DNA of 64,000 nucleotides from Carcharhinus amblyrhynchos. Taxonomy: Eukaryota. The stretch's first letter is position 1. Every line of letters begins with the position of its first letter. Location of the stretch: assembly GCA_965287045.1 (NCBI GenBank), contig OZ336871.1, positions 45,818,001-45,882,000 of the forward strand, read 5' to 3'. Below the pieces are notes generated by a model. That model worked only from the letters and a program-made list of their open reading frames with translations. It did no database searches and was not told the DNA's origin. A program made the translations under genes and the position numbers. Below, piece after piece: positions 12,791 to 25,301 of the stretch.

Positions 12791-12800
12791 TATGTTCTTA

Positions 12801-12896
12801 GGGCAGAATTTAATGGCTTCACTCTGGCAAGACTGGAAATTCCCACCTGAGGTCAACAGAGATTTCGTGGTGGGCAAGGTGGTAAAGTTTCTGCCT
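12801..12896. mobile_element. Harbinger-type MITE
   Basis: Imperfect TIR ggcagaattt / aaagtttctgcc. Confidence 0.55.
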
Positions 12897-13044
12897 TAGT
12901 CTTTAATGCTTTGCATAACTGCATTTACAGCCTAATAACGTGATATTTGACATTGCAATCTCTGCTGGTATTGCACTTTAACATGTGGTCAAACTTGTTA
13001 TCGGAATATTTTTATGGCATTTTCTCTCTATATTCTAAAATCAG

Positions 13045-13226
13045 AACCTTTGATTTACCTCACTGAGGAAAATTCACACATTTTAGGCCCTCGTATGTTA
13101 AGAACAGGCGATTTTTGTCGACTTATGTCCAGCAAAGATAACAGCAGTAGAATTGGTCTTTGACAGGTTTTCGAGGTGAACAGTAATGAATCGGCAGAGC
13201 CTTTTAAACTTTCTTTTCCATCCAAA
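13045..13226 (+). pseudogene. Pseudo-exon (E)PLIYLTEENSHILGPRMLRTGDFCRLMSSKDNSSRIGL*QVFEVNSNESAEPFKLSFPSK
   Basis: Pyrimidine tract + CAG acceptor; 60 codons with a single TGA (13161-13163); GTCAGT donor at 13227. Confidence 0.4.
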
Positions 13227-13628
13227 GTCAGTTTTTACCCACTCTCCCTCCTTGATTTCTCTGTTGATGCACTGAGCCAACATTACGAGCCCAATATTCT
13301 TAATTTAATCACCATAACCTTCCTTTTACACTGACTCCAAAAATCCTAAGTACATGTTTTAATCATGTAAATTATGCTCATAGAATTGGATTATATATCA
13401 TTCTCTGGATTTCGGCAATTCCATTTGTGCAATGAGAAGCAGCTCCATTTTGTTATAAAACCAGATTAAAAACACCAGAGTGCATTGCACTACGTATCAA
13501 CCTTATACTTCCCTCAATATTTAATATTGTGGTTTGTTTAACACATCATTTTACATGGATTGTATTTGAAGTTGTCCTTCCTTCTAAAGATTGAATTTTC
13601 ACAGTCACATAACAACTGTGACTGAAAT

Positions 13629-13936
13629 GGGCAGCATGGTGGCATAATGGTTAGCACTGCTGATTCACAGCACTAGGAACCTGGGTTCAATTCTGGCCTC
13701 AGGTCACTGTCTGTGTGGCATTTGCACATCTCTCTGTGCCTGTGAGTGTTTCCTCCAGGTGCTCCGGATTCCTCCCACACTCCAAAGATGTATGGGTTAG
13801 GTTGATTAGCTATGCTACATTGCCTCTCAGTGTCAGGGGAATAGTAAATGTGTGGGATTGCAAGGATAGGGCCTGGGTGGGATTGTTATTGATGCAGACT
13901 GGATGGGCCTCTTTCTGCGCTGTAGGGATTCTACGA
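13629..13936 (+). mobile_element. HE1 SINE (CR1-type tail)
   Basis: tRNA-like A/B boxes, V-domain, tail gatgggcc..ctgtagggattctacga. Confidence 0.9.
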
Positions 13937-14284
13937 AAGAAATGGATTGACCTACTCCCAAGCCTTTAGTGATTTTATTTTAGGATTATACATGTGTGAA
14001 CCACTTTAAGATGTTATCCGCACTAAAGATGCTAAATAAGTGCAATTTGATATCTTTATTGTTTTGACAACTGTTTTGCGTAGATGTAAAATGGTCTTGT
14101 ATTGAATGAGCTTCCCCATTCAGTTATTACTCTCTTCACTTCCCAAAAAGCTATGTGACTGTGAATCGGGCAGAGCTTTTAACTTTGGCAGTTGAGAGAG
14201 ACAGATAGTCCATCAATTGTACACCTGATCCAGATTTCCTTTCCAGTAATGGCAGTCACCCAGTTGGACAACTGAGGAGACTTA

Positions 14285-15040
14285 ATGAAGAAGGGTATTG
14301 TGGTCAACAGTATCAAAGACTACAGATAGGTCAAGAAGGGTAAGGACAGTTTACCAAGATTCAGATCATAGGTTTGTGACTTTGATAAGTGAGGTTTCAA
14401 TACTTTAGCAGAGAGGGGGGAAACTTTAAAGATTCAGAAATGGAGTTGTGGTGGAATGGGCATAGATTTACAAGGTGACAACACATTAAAAGAGTTTGGA
14501 GGGAAAGGGGGGTTAGAGCTGGGGCAGTAGTTTACAGGGACAAAGGGGTCCATAATGATTTTGCTAGGAGGGAGGTGAAGACAGGAAGGGAGCAGTGCTT
14601 GAACAGGAGAAATATTAACAATATCTGCCAAGTAGGGAATTTTGGCAGTCAGCAGTTTAATGGGAATTGGGTTAAGGGAGCAGCTGGTGGGTCTAATGGA
14701 CAGGATAAAACACATAAAGAGCATGGGGGGAGATTGGAGAGAAATTGGAGAAAGGTATAGTTCAGGGCTAGGGCAGGGTGGAACATCAGAGAAACTTTGG
14801 CTCTGTGGGCTAGGAAAAGAGAGGGAAGTGCCAGAGGCAGCTAATCAATTGGTCTCAACCTTAGTGACAAAGAAATCCAGGGACTCCTCACACTTATTTT
14901 GAAGTTGAGTGAAGATGGATAGACATGTTAGAGAAGACAGTTGTTATCTTTGCATTCCAAGGTCATCTTGGAATAGTGAGTAGATTGGGCAGATGCAAAG
15001 CAGGCCATTGTGGTGTCAGTGAGTGGCCAAAGCAATTGTT
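14285..15040 (-). mobile_element. L2 LINE RT fragment
   Basis: Minus strand reads LLDLSVVFDTVDH and PTSCSLNPIPIKLL..LADIVN..NYCPSSNPPF. Confidence 0.8.
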
Positions 15041-15199
15041 TAGAATGGATAGTATGGTGACGCAATGGTTAGCAGAATGCCTTCTCCAGTAATGCTGCAA
15101 AATTATAAAAATATTGGCAATCTGGGGCATCAGGCATTATGTGATCTATTCACAGAATCCTACCAGATATACTGTTGAATGGCCCATCCAAACAGAAAA

Positions 15200-16290
15200 T
15201 GAGAATAAAAAGAAGCATACTATGTAAATGGTGAGAAATTGCAGAGCTCTGAGATGCAAAGGGATCTGGGTGTCCTAGTGCATGAATCGCATATCATTAG
15301 TAGGTACAGCAAATAATTAGCAAAGCTAATAAAATGCTTTTGTTTCTCATGAGGGGAATTGAATGCAAGAGTAGGGAGATTATGCTTCAGCTATACAGGG
15401 CATTGGTGGGACCTCATCTGGAGTACTGTGTATAGTATTGGTCCTCTTATTTAAGGAAATAAATGAATGCATTGGAAGAAGCAGAGACGTCTAATGGATT
15501 AATACCAGGAATGGGTGGGTTGTCTTATGTGGAAAGGCTGGCCAAGCTAAATTTGTATCAGCTGAAGTTTAGAAGAGAAAGACATGACTTTCATAGAATC
15601 CCTACAGTGCAGAAAGAGGCCATTTGGCCCATCGAGTCTGCACTGACCACAATCCCACCCAGGCCCTACCCCCATATCCCCATATATTTACCCATTAATC
15701 CCTCTAACCTATGCATCTCAGGGCTCTAAGGGACAATTTTTATTTAGTATTACCAATCAACCTAACCTGCACATCTTTGGACTGTGGGAGGAAACCGCAG
15801 CACCTGGAGGAAACCAACACAGACACGAGAAGAATGTGCAAACTACACACAGACAGTGACCCAAGCCAGGAATCAAACCCAGATCCCTGGAGCTGTGAAG
15901 CAGCAGTGCTAACCACTGTGCTACCGTGCCGCCCAAAATTGACTTGATTGAAACCTATAAGGTTCTGAGAGATCTTAACAGGATAGATGTGGAAAGGATG
16001 ATGGGAGAATCTCGAACTCGGAGTCATTGTTTTAAAATAAGTGGTCAACCATTTAGGACAGAGATGAGGAAGATTTTCTCTCAGAGAGTTGTGAGACTTT
16101 CTCAAAAGTTGATTGTGGTGAACATCTTTAAGGCAGGAGTGAACATCTCAGATAAGCAAGAGGTGAAAAAGCTTACCCAAGGTAGGCAGGGATGTGAAGT
16201 TGAGGTTACAGTCAGATAAGCTATGATTTATTGAGCAGCAAAGCTGGCTTGAGGGACTGAGTGGCCTACTCCTGATCCAAAACTATGTTT
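15200..16290 (+). mobile_element. HER1-type CR1 LINE, decayed, interrupted by HE1
   Basis: LYRALVGPHLEYC..; DLIETYKVLRDLNRIDVERM resumes after the SINE. Confidence 0.85.
15591..15939 (-). mobile_element. HE1 SINE nested in HER1, TSD TGACTT
   Basis: TGACTT at 15585-15590 and 15940-15945; full head-to-tail SINE on the minus strand. Confidence 0.9.
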
Positions 16291-17379
16291 GTATATACAT
16301 CTGACTGCTGCCAGAGGTTCTGTCAGGTGATTCAGTAGCACATTTGCTGGGAGACCTGAAATAAACTGAAATTTAGGTCCCAAAGGTACAGATTGACTGT
16401 GAAATGTTGCGGGGCATGTCAAGATTACATTGCCTTAAGAGTCAGATGTCCCTGTTTCATTCCATTAGACATGTGTGTCTCCTCCTATTATTTAACCGGT
16501 CCCATCCTTAAGAATTATAAGGGGGGCACAATCATTGCCACAAAAACTTTGCATATGTTTTCCCTTCTTATATACTGAATGGATTTAAAGGGACTTTACA
16601 AAGCTAAATTACATTAAGATAGTTATTTTCCTGAGAGGGAAATTTTGTTCCCTCACCCCAGGATCAGCCTTTGCTGTGGAACTAAGGATCATGTCATGTA
16701 TGCTTGAACATGGGTAGCCCAATAGCAGTGTCTCAAATTTAGGAAGCCGACTCCCCCAGTTCTTGTTTGGGAGCTGAAGTTGATTGAGGCATATTTTCAG
16801 TCACTTCTTAGCTCAGTTTTGACTGAAAGTGTCAATTCACATTCCGCTCCCGCGTTTCCATATAAATGTACAAAAAATTCCAAATCCTTCAAAGTCTATA
16901 CCAGTGACAGCTAGATTTATATTCAGCCTATTTGCATTTCCACTCAGTGGCTGGGGCTGAGTGTACGGCATACCCACATTTTAAAATCTAAAGCTTTGAC
17001 CGATGATACATTTCCTTAAATGCCATATTTGTACAAGATGACCACCAAACAAACATTGATAATTAATGTGGCAAACAAAATAGCTCCATATATCTGTTGC
17101 TGTACTCAGGAATAAGAGTTGTTCTGAAAATGCAACATTATGGAAATTAATTCATTATTACACTGACATGTATGCTATAAACTGTATTAATAATTTGACT
17201 GTTGATTATACAAAACAACTGCAGCATGTTGAGTGCTCACAATTTCACCTTGTTGTATGATACACTTCATAGTAAATTGCCATGTTTATCCTACAAAGTT
17301 AATTTGTGGCATGTTATTGTGCAGTGAATCAATTGCCTGTAACACAACAGATCTCATTACTTTCCTGTACTTTCTTTAG

Positions 17380-17691
17380 GAAAAGCAAAGAAGGTTTGAC
17401 ATGTTTGGTCAGCGATGATTCAAAGGATACTGGAAATTTACTTGCACCCAGAAAATCAGGAACAAGCTTGTCAGCAAAAGAACACAGAAACAGAAACTGT
17501 CTCAGGTTATTAAGGAGAGGGGATTGATGCAGTTTGACAATTACCAAAACGTCTAAAGCAAGGATTATTTTGGAGGTCCAACAACGGACTTTAATGGAAA
17601 AGAGGAAGGAACGCAGGGCGGATAGAGAAGCAGTCATCAAAGAATTAGAAAGAAAGGGGATTGAATTGGAAAAGGTGAAATATCTAACAAG
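17380..17691 (+). pseudogene. Pseudo-exon ..HVWSAMIQRILEIY..LMEKRKERRADREAVIKELERKGIELEKVKYLTR (stops/frameshifts)
   Basis: Strong acceptor ctttcctgtactttctttag; one frame open ~100 codons except TGA 17525-17527; AG|GTGATT donor at 17692 (phase 2). Confidence 0.5.
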
Positions 17692-18479
17692 GTGATTGAA
17701 AAAATATCACCTAGACTTTTCACTGCCCACTGCAATGCCAATTGTTCAGTACATTTGTGAGATGCAGTGGCAGAATGTTACCTAGTGATATGTATTATCA
17801 CGTTGCTTTCCTCAATCATTTTGTGAGAGTCAGTCCTGTTGATCAGAAAACACCTAATGATATGTGGACAGGTGCTTATTAACTACTTTTGAATAAGGAA
17901 AGCATGTCCTCTGAATGTTTCCTGACATTTTTACTGTTGGAAGGCTGCAGGAACAGCCTGTTTGTTCCAGGTGTCCAGCATTCAATGGGTGGCAACAGGC
18001 AGGCTCAGAAAGTCTTGTGCAAAAAGGGCCTGAGCAAGCATTCAAGGTACACTGCTTTACATAGCCCCAGGGAGGGAGTTGGATGTTTTTAATTAAAAAA
18101 TAAAACATTTTGCAAGCAGCAGAGACTGCTTGCCTTCAGATCTATGGCAGGCTCCCGAGACCTGCTGTGTCAAAACTCCAGAGACACTGCCTGCAAAATG
18201 TTAATGGCCTTGAGACTTCAATGTCAGTCAGAGTCAGGGAGCATGTCCTTGACCAGTGAAAGTTTTACTCTCTCCCAACTCAGAAACATGTGTCAAAGGA
18301 AAAGAAAATCTAGTCTCCTGAAACCCAAATACAAGCTTATTAAGGGGATGGCGAGAGAACTGAATCAATAACCTCAGTCAAATTTTACTATGTTAAAAAT
18401 AACCTTCCCTTCTTCTAATTTGCACCAAGCATGCTAATCAGCAGAAGCAACATGCAGTAGATAGAGCTAAACTACCCCA

Positions 18480-19600
18480 CAACTAATAAAACCCTGCCAT
18501 CCTACCAAATCTAATCATGAATGGTGTTGGACAATTAAACAGCTAACTGGAGGAGGAGGCTTCACCAAGAACGCATCCTCAGTGATGTGGAGTACCGCAT
18601 CTAGCTGCAAAGAAAAGAAGACTGACATGCTTGTGATTATTTTCAGCCAGAGATGTCAAGTGGATGATCCATCCCAGCCTCCATCTGAGGTTACCAACAT
18701 CACAATTGCCAGTCTTCAGCCAATTCTATTCATTCCATGTTGTATCACAAAATGGCTGAATGGCAGCAAAATCTATGTGCCCTGACAACATGTAGCAGTA
18801 CTGAAGACTTGTGATCTAGAACAAAGTCATATCCCTAATCAAGCTGTTCCAGGGCAACTATAACAGGGGCATCTACAACACAGGATATATAAAATTGTCC
18901 AGGTATATCCTGTCTTTGAAAAACATAACAAATCTAATCCGGACAATAACTGCCCCAATACTCTACTCTCGTCACCAGCAAAGTGATGGAAGGTAACATT
19001 AACAATACTATCAAGTGGCACTTACTCTGCAATGACACTCAGTTTGAGTTCTGCCAAAGCTAATCAACTACAGATCTGTAAATGCTGGCAGATCCACAAA
19101 TGTCCAAACATGGACAAAGAGAGAATTCCTGAAGGAAAGATGAAAGTGACTCCCCTTGGCATCAAGATAGCATTTGACTGAATGTGGTATCATGGAGCCC
19201 AAACAAAACAGAAACCAATGGGAGTCAAAGAGAAAATACTCTGCTAGTTGGGGAAATACATAGCACAAAGGAAGGTGTCTGTGATTATTGGAGGCCAAAC
19301 ACCTTAGTCACGGGACATCACTGCAGCAGTTCCTCAGGGTAGTGTCCTAGAGACAACCATCTTCAGCTACTTCATCAATGCCTTCAGTATGGAATCAGGA
19401 GTGGAAATATTCACTGATGATTACATAGCATTGAGAATCATTCACAGCTCCTCAGAAACTGAAAGGTTCCATGCCCACTTTCAGCACGACCAGAACAATA
19501 TTCAGGCTTTGGCTGATAAGTGGCAAATAACATTTACACCCACACAAGTGCCAATCAGTGCCCATCTCCAATAAGAGAGAATCTAAACCTCTCTCTCTGA
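18480..19600 (+). mobile_element. CR1-clade family B LINE, RT region, decayed
   Basis: Collinear with 57430-58520 (gttcctcagggtagtgtcctag = VPQGSVL). Confidence 0.85.
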
Positions 19601-19699
19601 CAGTCTATTACCATTGTTGTTACTGTTACAATAGCATTACTATTGTGGAATAAGTAAGCAAGTATCACAGAGTCCACTTGTACGGAGTATGACTTCTAC

Positions 19700-20345
19700 A
19701 GGATATTTAACTTGGGGATTTGGTGAGTGAGGAAATTTGAAGTGTGAAGAAAGACATGCTCTTTTGGTATTTTAGAAAACAAGGAGTGAGACACAACGAG
19801 ACCTGTGAGCTGAGATCTGGATGTGTTTATTTGGTGAGCAGGTAGATGACTGATTGTTGAGTTTCTGGGAGCTTATGCTGTGTAAGCTAGAGCTGCAGTT
19901 TAAATTAGCACAAGGGAGATATAGGCCGGAATTCTCTGGCCATTCACTTTGGCAGGATTTCCAGTCCTGCCAGCAGCATAACCCCGTCCGCGGGTTTCCT
20001 GCCAGTGTGGGAGTCACATCAATGGGAATTCCCATTGACTGCAGCGGGGCTACAGAATCCCACCATCAGGAAACACCACACCACTGATGGGAAACACGTG
20101 ACTCGGGGCCTGGAGAATCTCGGCCATAAGTGCTGTATTCAATCCCTGGCTTAACTAGTTCTACTACTTTATAAAGCTACAAATGAAGTGACATTTCATA
20201 ATTTAAAAGCCTAATTAGTGAAATAAAACATAGGGATGGCAGGATAGGCAATGTACTGAGCTGCATAATGTATGTGCTGGTGGATACCAGTGTGATCCAC
20301 AGCAACCACTGGCTCTCAGGAGAAGTTGTGAAACAGAGGGGACCA
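19700..20345 (+). mobile_element. CR1 5'UTR/ORF1 start remnant, interrupted by a MITE
   Basis: atggcaggataggcaatgtactgagctgcataatg..gtggataccagtgtgatccac resembles a CR1 ORF1 Cys-finger start. Confidence 0.4.
19924..20125. mobile_element. Harbinger-type MITE, 3-bp TSD ATA
   Basis: TIR ggccggaattctc / gagaatctcggcc; ATA on both sides; central 20-bp palindrome. Confidence 0.8.
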
Positions 20346-20589
20346 TAGAATGGGACATGTTGCAGCAAAACCCAAAAGGCATGATGCATGGCTGCATTCT
20401 ACCAACAGGGATAAAATCCAAGGTAGCACTTCTGTTACAACACGGCTGGAAGCTAATTGAACTCACTGTGATGATAATTTAAAATTATTTAAATGCTGGC
20501 ATATGCAATTTAGTTCAGGTTTCCAATCCAATAGTGGAGCAAGGGGGTTCACAGACCAACAGATCCCCAACTTAAGGTAGCTGGCACCT

Positions 20590-21480
20590 AGGTAAGGTCT
20601 CAGGTTTGAATGTGGAGACTAGCCATATTACAGCTGGCTTCAGATGTCCTTTATACTGGTGGAGGAAAATGGAGGGAGACCAATGCCAAAATGAGACAGG
20701 AGGCCTCTCAGAAAGGGGATGGAGCCTGTGGTTAGTCTCTGAGGGGCTGAGAAAGTGGATTGTAGACATTGTCTCTCAGCAGGGAATGCAGAAGGCCATT
20801 GCTGCTGGGAGTGACAAGATCAGAATTCCAGTGGCAGTTTCCTCTAAGGGTAGCACAGGAAAAGGAGGGACCAGCAGCCATGGGAATTATCCATCCAGTC
20901 CCCCAGGAGGAACAGGAGGGAGAGGGAAGGAGGGAAGTTATGTACCAGATGCTCCAATAGAGGAGCAACAACAGCAGCAAGAGGGACAACCTCCAGTTAG
21001 GCTGACCAGAGAAGGCCATCCAAATGCATTGGCAGCAGGATGCTGTGCCAAAACAGGCCCAACTGCAGCTAAATGTCTTCTGGACTCACCTGAGCTGCTG
21101 CCAGATGTTGGAAGACCAGTACTAACAAAGACTGTGACTGTCAAGGGAGGCAATCACAAATCTATGCACGTTGCTGCAGAATGAGATTGTATTGCATGCT
21201 AATCAGCGAGACAAGCAATATCCATAGCCCTGAAGATAATGGCTACTTTGAATTCAACTCATCATCTCCTTCCAGGGATCCATTGAGGCCTTGTGCAAGA
21301 TCTTCCAGATTGCAGTTCACCATTGCATCATGTAGATCACCAATGCATTGTTTAAGAAGGTCAAAAATTTGGCACGTTACCATACCAACCCCAGAAGAGA
21401 GTTCCTTTGGCTTTGGGTTCATTGAAGGATTTACCTAAATGCAAAGTGCAATTAATTGCATGCAACCAGCAGCCTTCAAA
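20590..21480 (+). mobile_element. PIF/Harbinger remnant with HARBI1-like transposase pseudogene (21090-21480)
   Basis: LSCCQMLEDQY*QRL*LSREAITNLCTLLQNE..SFQGSIEALCKIFQIAVHHCIM*ITNALFKK..GFT*MQSAINCM. Confidence 0.8.
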
Positions 21481-21739
21481 ACCACATTATTAACATTCCA
21501 CATTATTAACATTCAACTGGTCTACCCTCACAGAAAGTGCGTCTAAAGGTACATGCCCATTTCTCCTTAACAATCATGGTCATATAAACTTTAACGCTCT
21601 TGGGTGCCACGGCTGGTCCAGAAGGGTAAATCCTCACTAGATGTCGTAAAGCAGACAAGTTTAAGTGTATATAAAAATTTAAAGGACCTTGGGAGGCCGG
21701 GGGAAATAAGTGTCTAAGGCAAATAGATAGGATTTGGAA

Positions 21740-21790
21740 AGGGCTGGCGGGGGGTGGGGGGGGGGGGGGGGGGGGGGAGGGGCGGGAGGT
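21740..21790 (+). repeat. Poly-G tract, G-quadruplex-forming potential
   Basis: >20 consecutive G plus flanking G-runs, starting a ~700-nt G-rich stretch. Confidence 0.8.
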
Positions 21791-22636
21791 GGTGTGGTTT
21801 GGTGGTATTGGAGGCTGAGGGGAGATCTGTTGTCAGGGGTTTGGAGGTCAGGAGTGCCTTACCTTAGGTCTGGTCAGGCCTGGAAGACCTCAGGGGAAAG
21901 TCGGGCCTTGGGGAAATGGGAGGTGGGTAGCAGTTTTCAGGCCTCAGGATGGGGCGGGCTTTGGATTGGGCCAGATTTCAGAGAATGTTGTTGGGCCTCA
22001 GAGGAATGGCTCAGGTTTCACAGGGATGGACCTTGGGGGAAGGGAAAGTGGTGAGACCTTGTGTCTGGTCCAGTCAGGCCTGCAGGAAGGGTGTTAGAGC
22101 AGAGGGTGTCAGACCTCAGGCAAGGGGAGGCTTTCAGGCCTCTGATTGAATCAATCCTAGGAAGTAGGCAGGTTGAGAGATGGGCCCATGGAGGGGTGGG
22201 GGTTGGTGTTAAGGAGTCCCACTTGGCTGGGGGTAATCTCCTGGAGGGAGGTGTCGTCAGGGCTGGGAGGAAAGTCCTAGAAAGTCTGGGGGAAGGGAGA
22301 GTCCTTTCGGGTTGTAGTTGGGAGTGAGGGAAGGCGCCGGGGAGGGTGGTTGTTTGGTGGTCTGTGATGTTTGGGGGGAATCCTCTTGTGGGGAGCGGGG
22401 GGAAGAGAGGAGCTGTCAGTTTGGATTTGTATAATCATTATTCAGAAGTTAGAAATGGTTTTAATGTTTCTAACCTTTTCTAACTATTGGTAACTAGGTA
22501 ACTCAGTTGGAACCATTCAAAGTTTGCAATTTATATTGCATTTTTGGATAATTCCCAGTGCAAGGCATCTGCCCAGAGGATATTTGCTTCTGGGCAATTG
22601 CCATGCAAACTTTACATTGCAACATCCTTAGGAGAT

Positions 22637-22980
22637 TCATAGAATCACAGAATCCCTACAGAACAGAAAGAGGCCAGTCAGCCTATCGAGACTGCACCGA
22701 CCACATTCCCATCCAGGCCCTACCCCCATATCCCTACATATTTACCCATTAATCCCTCTAACCTATGCACTTCACAACACTAAGGGCAATTTTAGCATGG
22801 CCAATCAACCCAATTCGCAAACTTTTGGACTGTGGAGGAAACCGGAGTACCCAAAGGAAACCCACGCAGACTCCAGAAGAGCGTACAAACTCCACATGGA
22901 CAGTGACCCAAGCCAGGAATCGAACCCAAGTCCCTGGACCTGTGAAGCAGCAATGCTAACCACTGTGCTACCATGTTGCT
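22637..22980 (-). mobile_element. HE1 SINE (CR1-type tail)
   Basis: Closely similar to 15591-15939. Confidence 0.9.
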
Positions 22981-23069
22981 GGATTCCCTGGTGCGTATTT
23001 GGGGTACCTCCCAAATTCGTTGCTGGGAGCTTGAAAGTTACAGTCCACGATCATGGCTCATAAGCTCAT

Positions 23070-24945
23070 GATGGAGAATCAATTTGGGTGGAGATAAGAA
23101 ATAGCAAGGGAAAGAAGTCAGTGATGATAATAGTTTACAGGCATCTGAACTGTGGCTACACTGTGGTAAAGAGTACAAATCGTGATAAAATGGGGGCTTG
23201 TAAGGAGGAAACTTCAATAGTCTTAAGTAGTTTTAATCTTCACATAGAAGATAAATAAAACTGGAAAAGGTAGCTTTGAGAAGTAATTCATAAAGTATAT
23301 TCAGGTCAGTTTCTTCGAACAGTACATTGAAGAGACAACCAGAGAACACATTATTTTAGACCTGATAAAATGTAATAAAGTGGCATTAATTAAAGATCTC
23401 GTTGTAAAAAGTCCTGTCAGGAAGAGTGATCATAACATGATAGAATTTCATGTTCGGCTGGAGTGTGAGAAATTTGGATCTAAAACTAATACTTTGAATT
23501 TAAATGGAGACAGTTACAAAAATATGAAAATTGAGTTGGGAAATTGAGTTACAAGATGAGATGGTAGAGAAGCAGCAGTGACATTCATGAGATATTTCAT
23601 AATTCTCAAAATATATTTTCTATTGAGAATGAAACAGTCTATGAGAAGGATCCTAAGAGAACCATCTATGGCGAACAAAAAAAGTTAAAGATGGTATCAA
23701 ATTCAATAAAAGCCCATTTAAGATGTAGGAGGGGATTATTTTTCTCTCTTAGAAGGCTGTGAGATTTTGGAATTCTTTTCCTCAAAAGGTAGTCTTTGAA
23801 TGTCTTTAAAGGCAGAAGTAGATTTTTGATGAGCAAGGGCATGAAAGGTTACCAGCAGGAGGCAGGAGTGTGAAGTTGAGGTTAAAGTTAGATCAGCCAT
23901 GATATTATTGAATGGTGGAGTAGGACAGAGGGGCTGAATGAGCTGTTCCTACTCCAAATTCATTGCTTTATGTTTGTAAAAGGCTTATAGTTCCGCAAAA
24001 TTAGTGGCAGGCCAGAAGATTGGAAAATTTTAGAAATCAGCAAATTCTGGATAAAAAATAAATGTGGAAAATGGAATAGGAGAATACAGTAGCAAGAAAT
24101 GTAATTAACATTCCGAGCTCCTCTAAGTATATAAAAAGGAAGAGAGTAGCTAAAATAAACATTGCTTTCTTACAGGATGAAAGTTGTAATAGGAAAAGTG
24201 ATGGCCTAGTGGTATTACCGCTAGACTATTAATCCAGAAACTCAGCTAATGCTCTGGGGACCCAGGTCTGAATCCTGCCATGGCAGATTGTGGAATTTGA
24301 ATTCAATTTTTAAAAATCTGGAATTAAGAATCTACTGATGACCATGAAATCATTATTGATTGTAGGAAAAACCCATCTGGTTCACTAATATCCTTTAGGG
24401 AAAGAAATCTGTTGTTCTTACCTGCTCTGGTCTACATGTGACACCAGACACACAGAAATGTGGTTGACTCTTAACTGCCCCTCTGAAATGGCCTAGCAAG
24501 CCATTCAGTTCAAGGACGATTAAGATGGGCAACCCGTATCCCACAAATGAATTTTTAAAAAAGGAAAGACTTTAAACAAGCATTTCTATTTCCATGGTAG
24601 AAGATACTAAAAGTGTACAGGAGTATAAAATGAAGGGGCACAAGGAAAAGGAGAAAATTAAAACGATCATGAGCTCAAAAGAATAAAGTACTGGCAAAAC
24701 TAATAGGATTAAAGACTGACAAATCTAGGGTTGGAAAATAAGTGGCTGCAAAGACAGTGGACATGTTGGTTACAGTCTTCCAGAATTCCTAGATTATGGT
24801 CCAAAAAGCCTGGAAAATCACAAATGTAATACCCCTTTTCAAGAAAGAAGGAAGACAAAAAAAGAGAAACTATAAGCCTGTCATTAGGAAATGCTGCAAT
24901 TCATCATTAAAGAAGTAGCAACAGGACATTTAGAAAACTTCATTT
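23070..24945 (+). mobile_element. Old HER1-type CR1 ORF2 (endonuclease to RT start) with nested CR1 3' end (23720-23975)
   Basis: ESIWVEIRNSKGKKS..ILDL..SDHNMIEF..WKITNVIPLFKKEGRQK..NYKP. Confidence 0.8.
24195..24562 (+). mobile_element. tRNA-derived SINE with CR1-family-B tail (Meta-domain/SlmI-like by recollection)
   Basis: A-box tggcctagtggt; core tggttcactaatatcctttagggaa..gtggttgactcttaactgccc; older copies at 38560-38680 (-) and 62970-63235 (+). Confidence 0.7.
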
Positions 24946-25301
24946 AGAAGCAGAGTTGTGTTACTGTAATCATGAACGTATACTGTTTGTGAGTGACAAC
25001 AAAGGATGCTAAAGAAAAGACATTTCTTAAATGTCATTAGTTTTGGCAACAAAAAGAAAACAGTCTCAGAACTGCCATAAATAAACATGGCAGCTGATTT
25101 CTGTTCCCATTTTCTCTCACTAAACTCATTTAAAATGCTTTGAACATTACATTAAGCCTGAGATGTGTAACAGAGAAGGTTGTGTAGTTTTGATTGCTGA
25201 CACTTTTAAATTTAAACTATGTCGTCTATCAAAAGAGATACTGTCTGTTTCAAATGTCCATCCAGGTGTTTCATGTGAATACATCTTTCATCTTACTGTA
25301 G

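Noticed and set aside
13045-17450. PH-domain reading (FKLSFPSK|EKQRRF / HVWSAMIQRIL)
   Set aside because: It fits only locally and does not explain the other islands; kept as a weaker alternative to RNF213-like.
10051-17527. Selenocysteine or readthrough explanation for the in-frame TGAs
   Set aside because: Other islands have TAA/TAG stops, frameshifts and TE insertions, and no SECIS was recognised; CpG decay is simpler.
20606-21184. 192-aa ORF as a cellular gene
   Set aside because: GC-rich Harbinger remnant; the recognisable transposase motifs lie in another, stop-interrupted frame.
21734-22327. Gly/Trp-rich ORFs
   Set aside because: Artefacts of G-rich low-complexity DNA.
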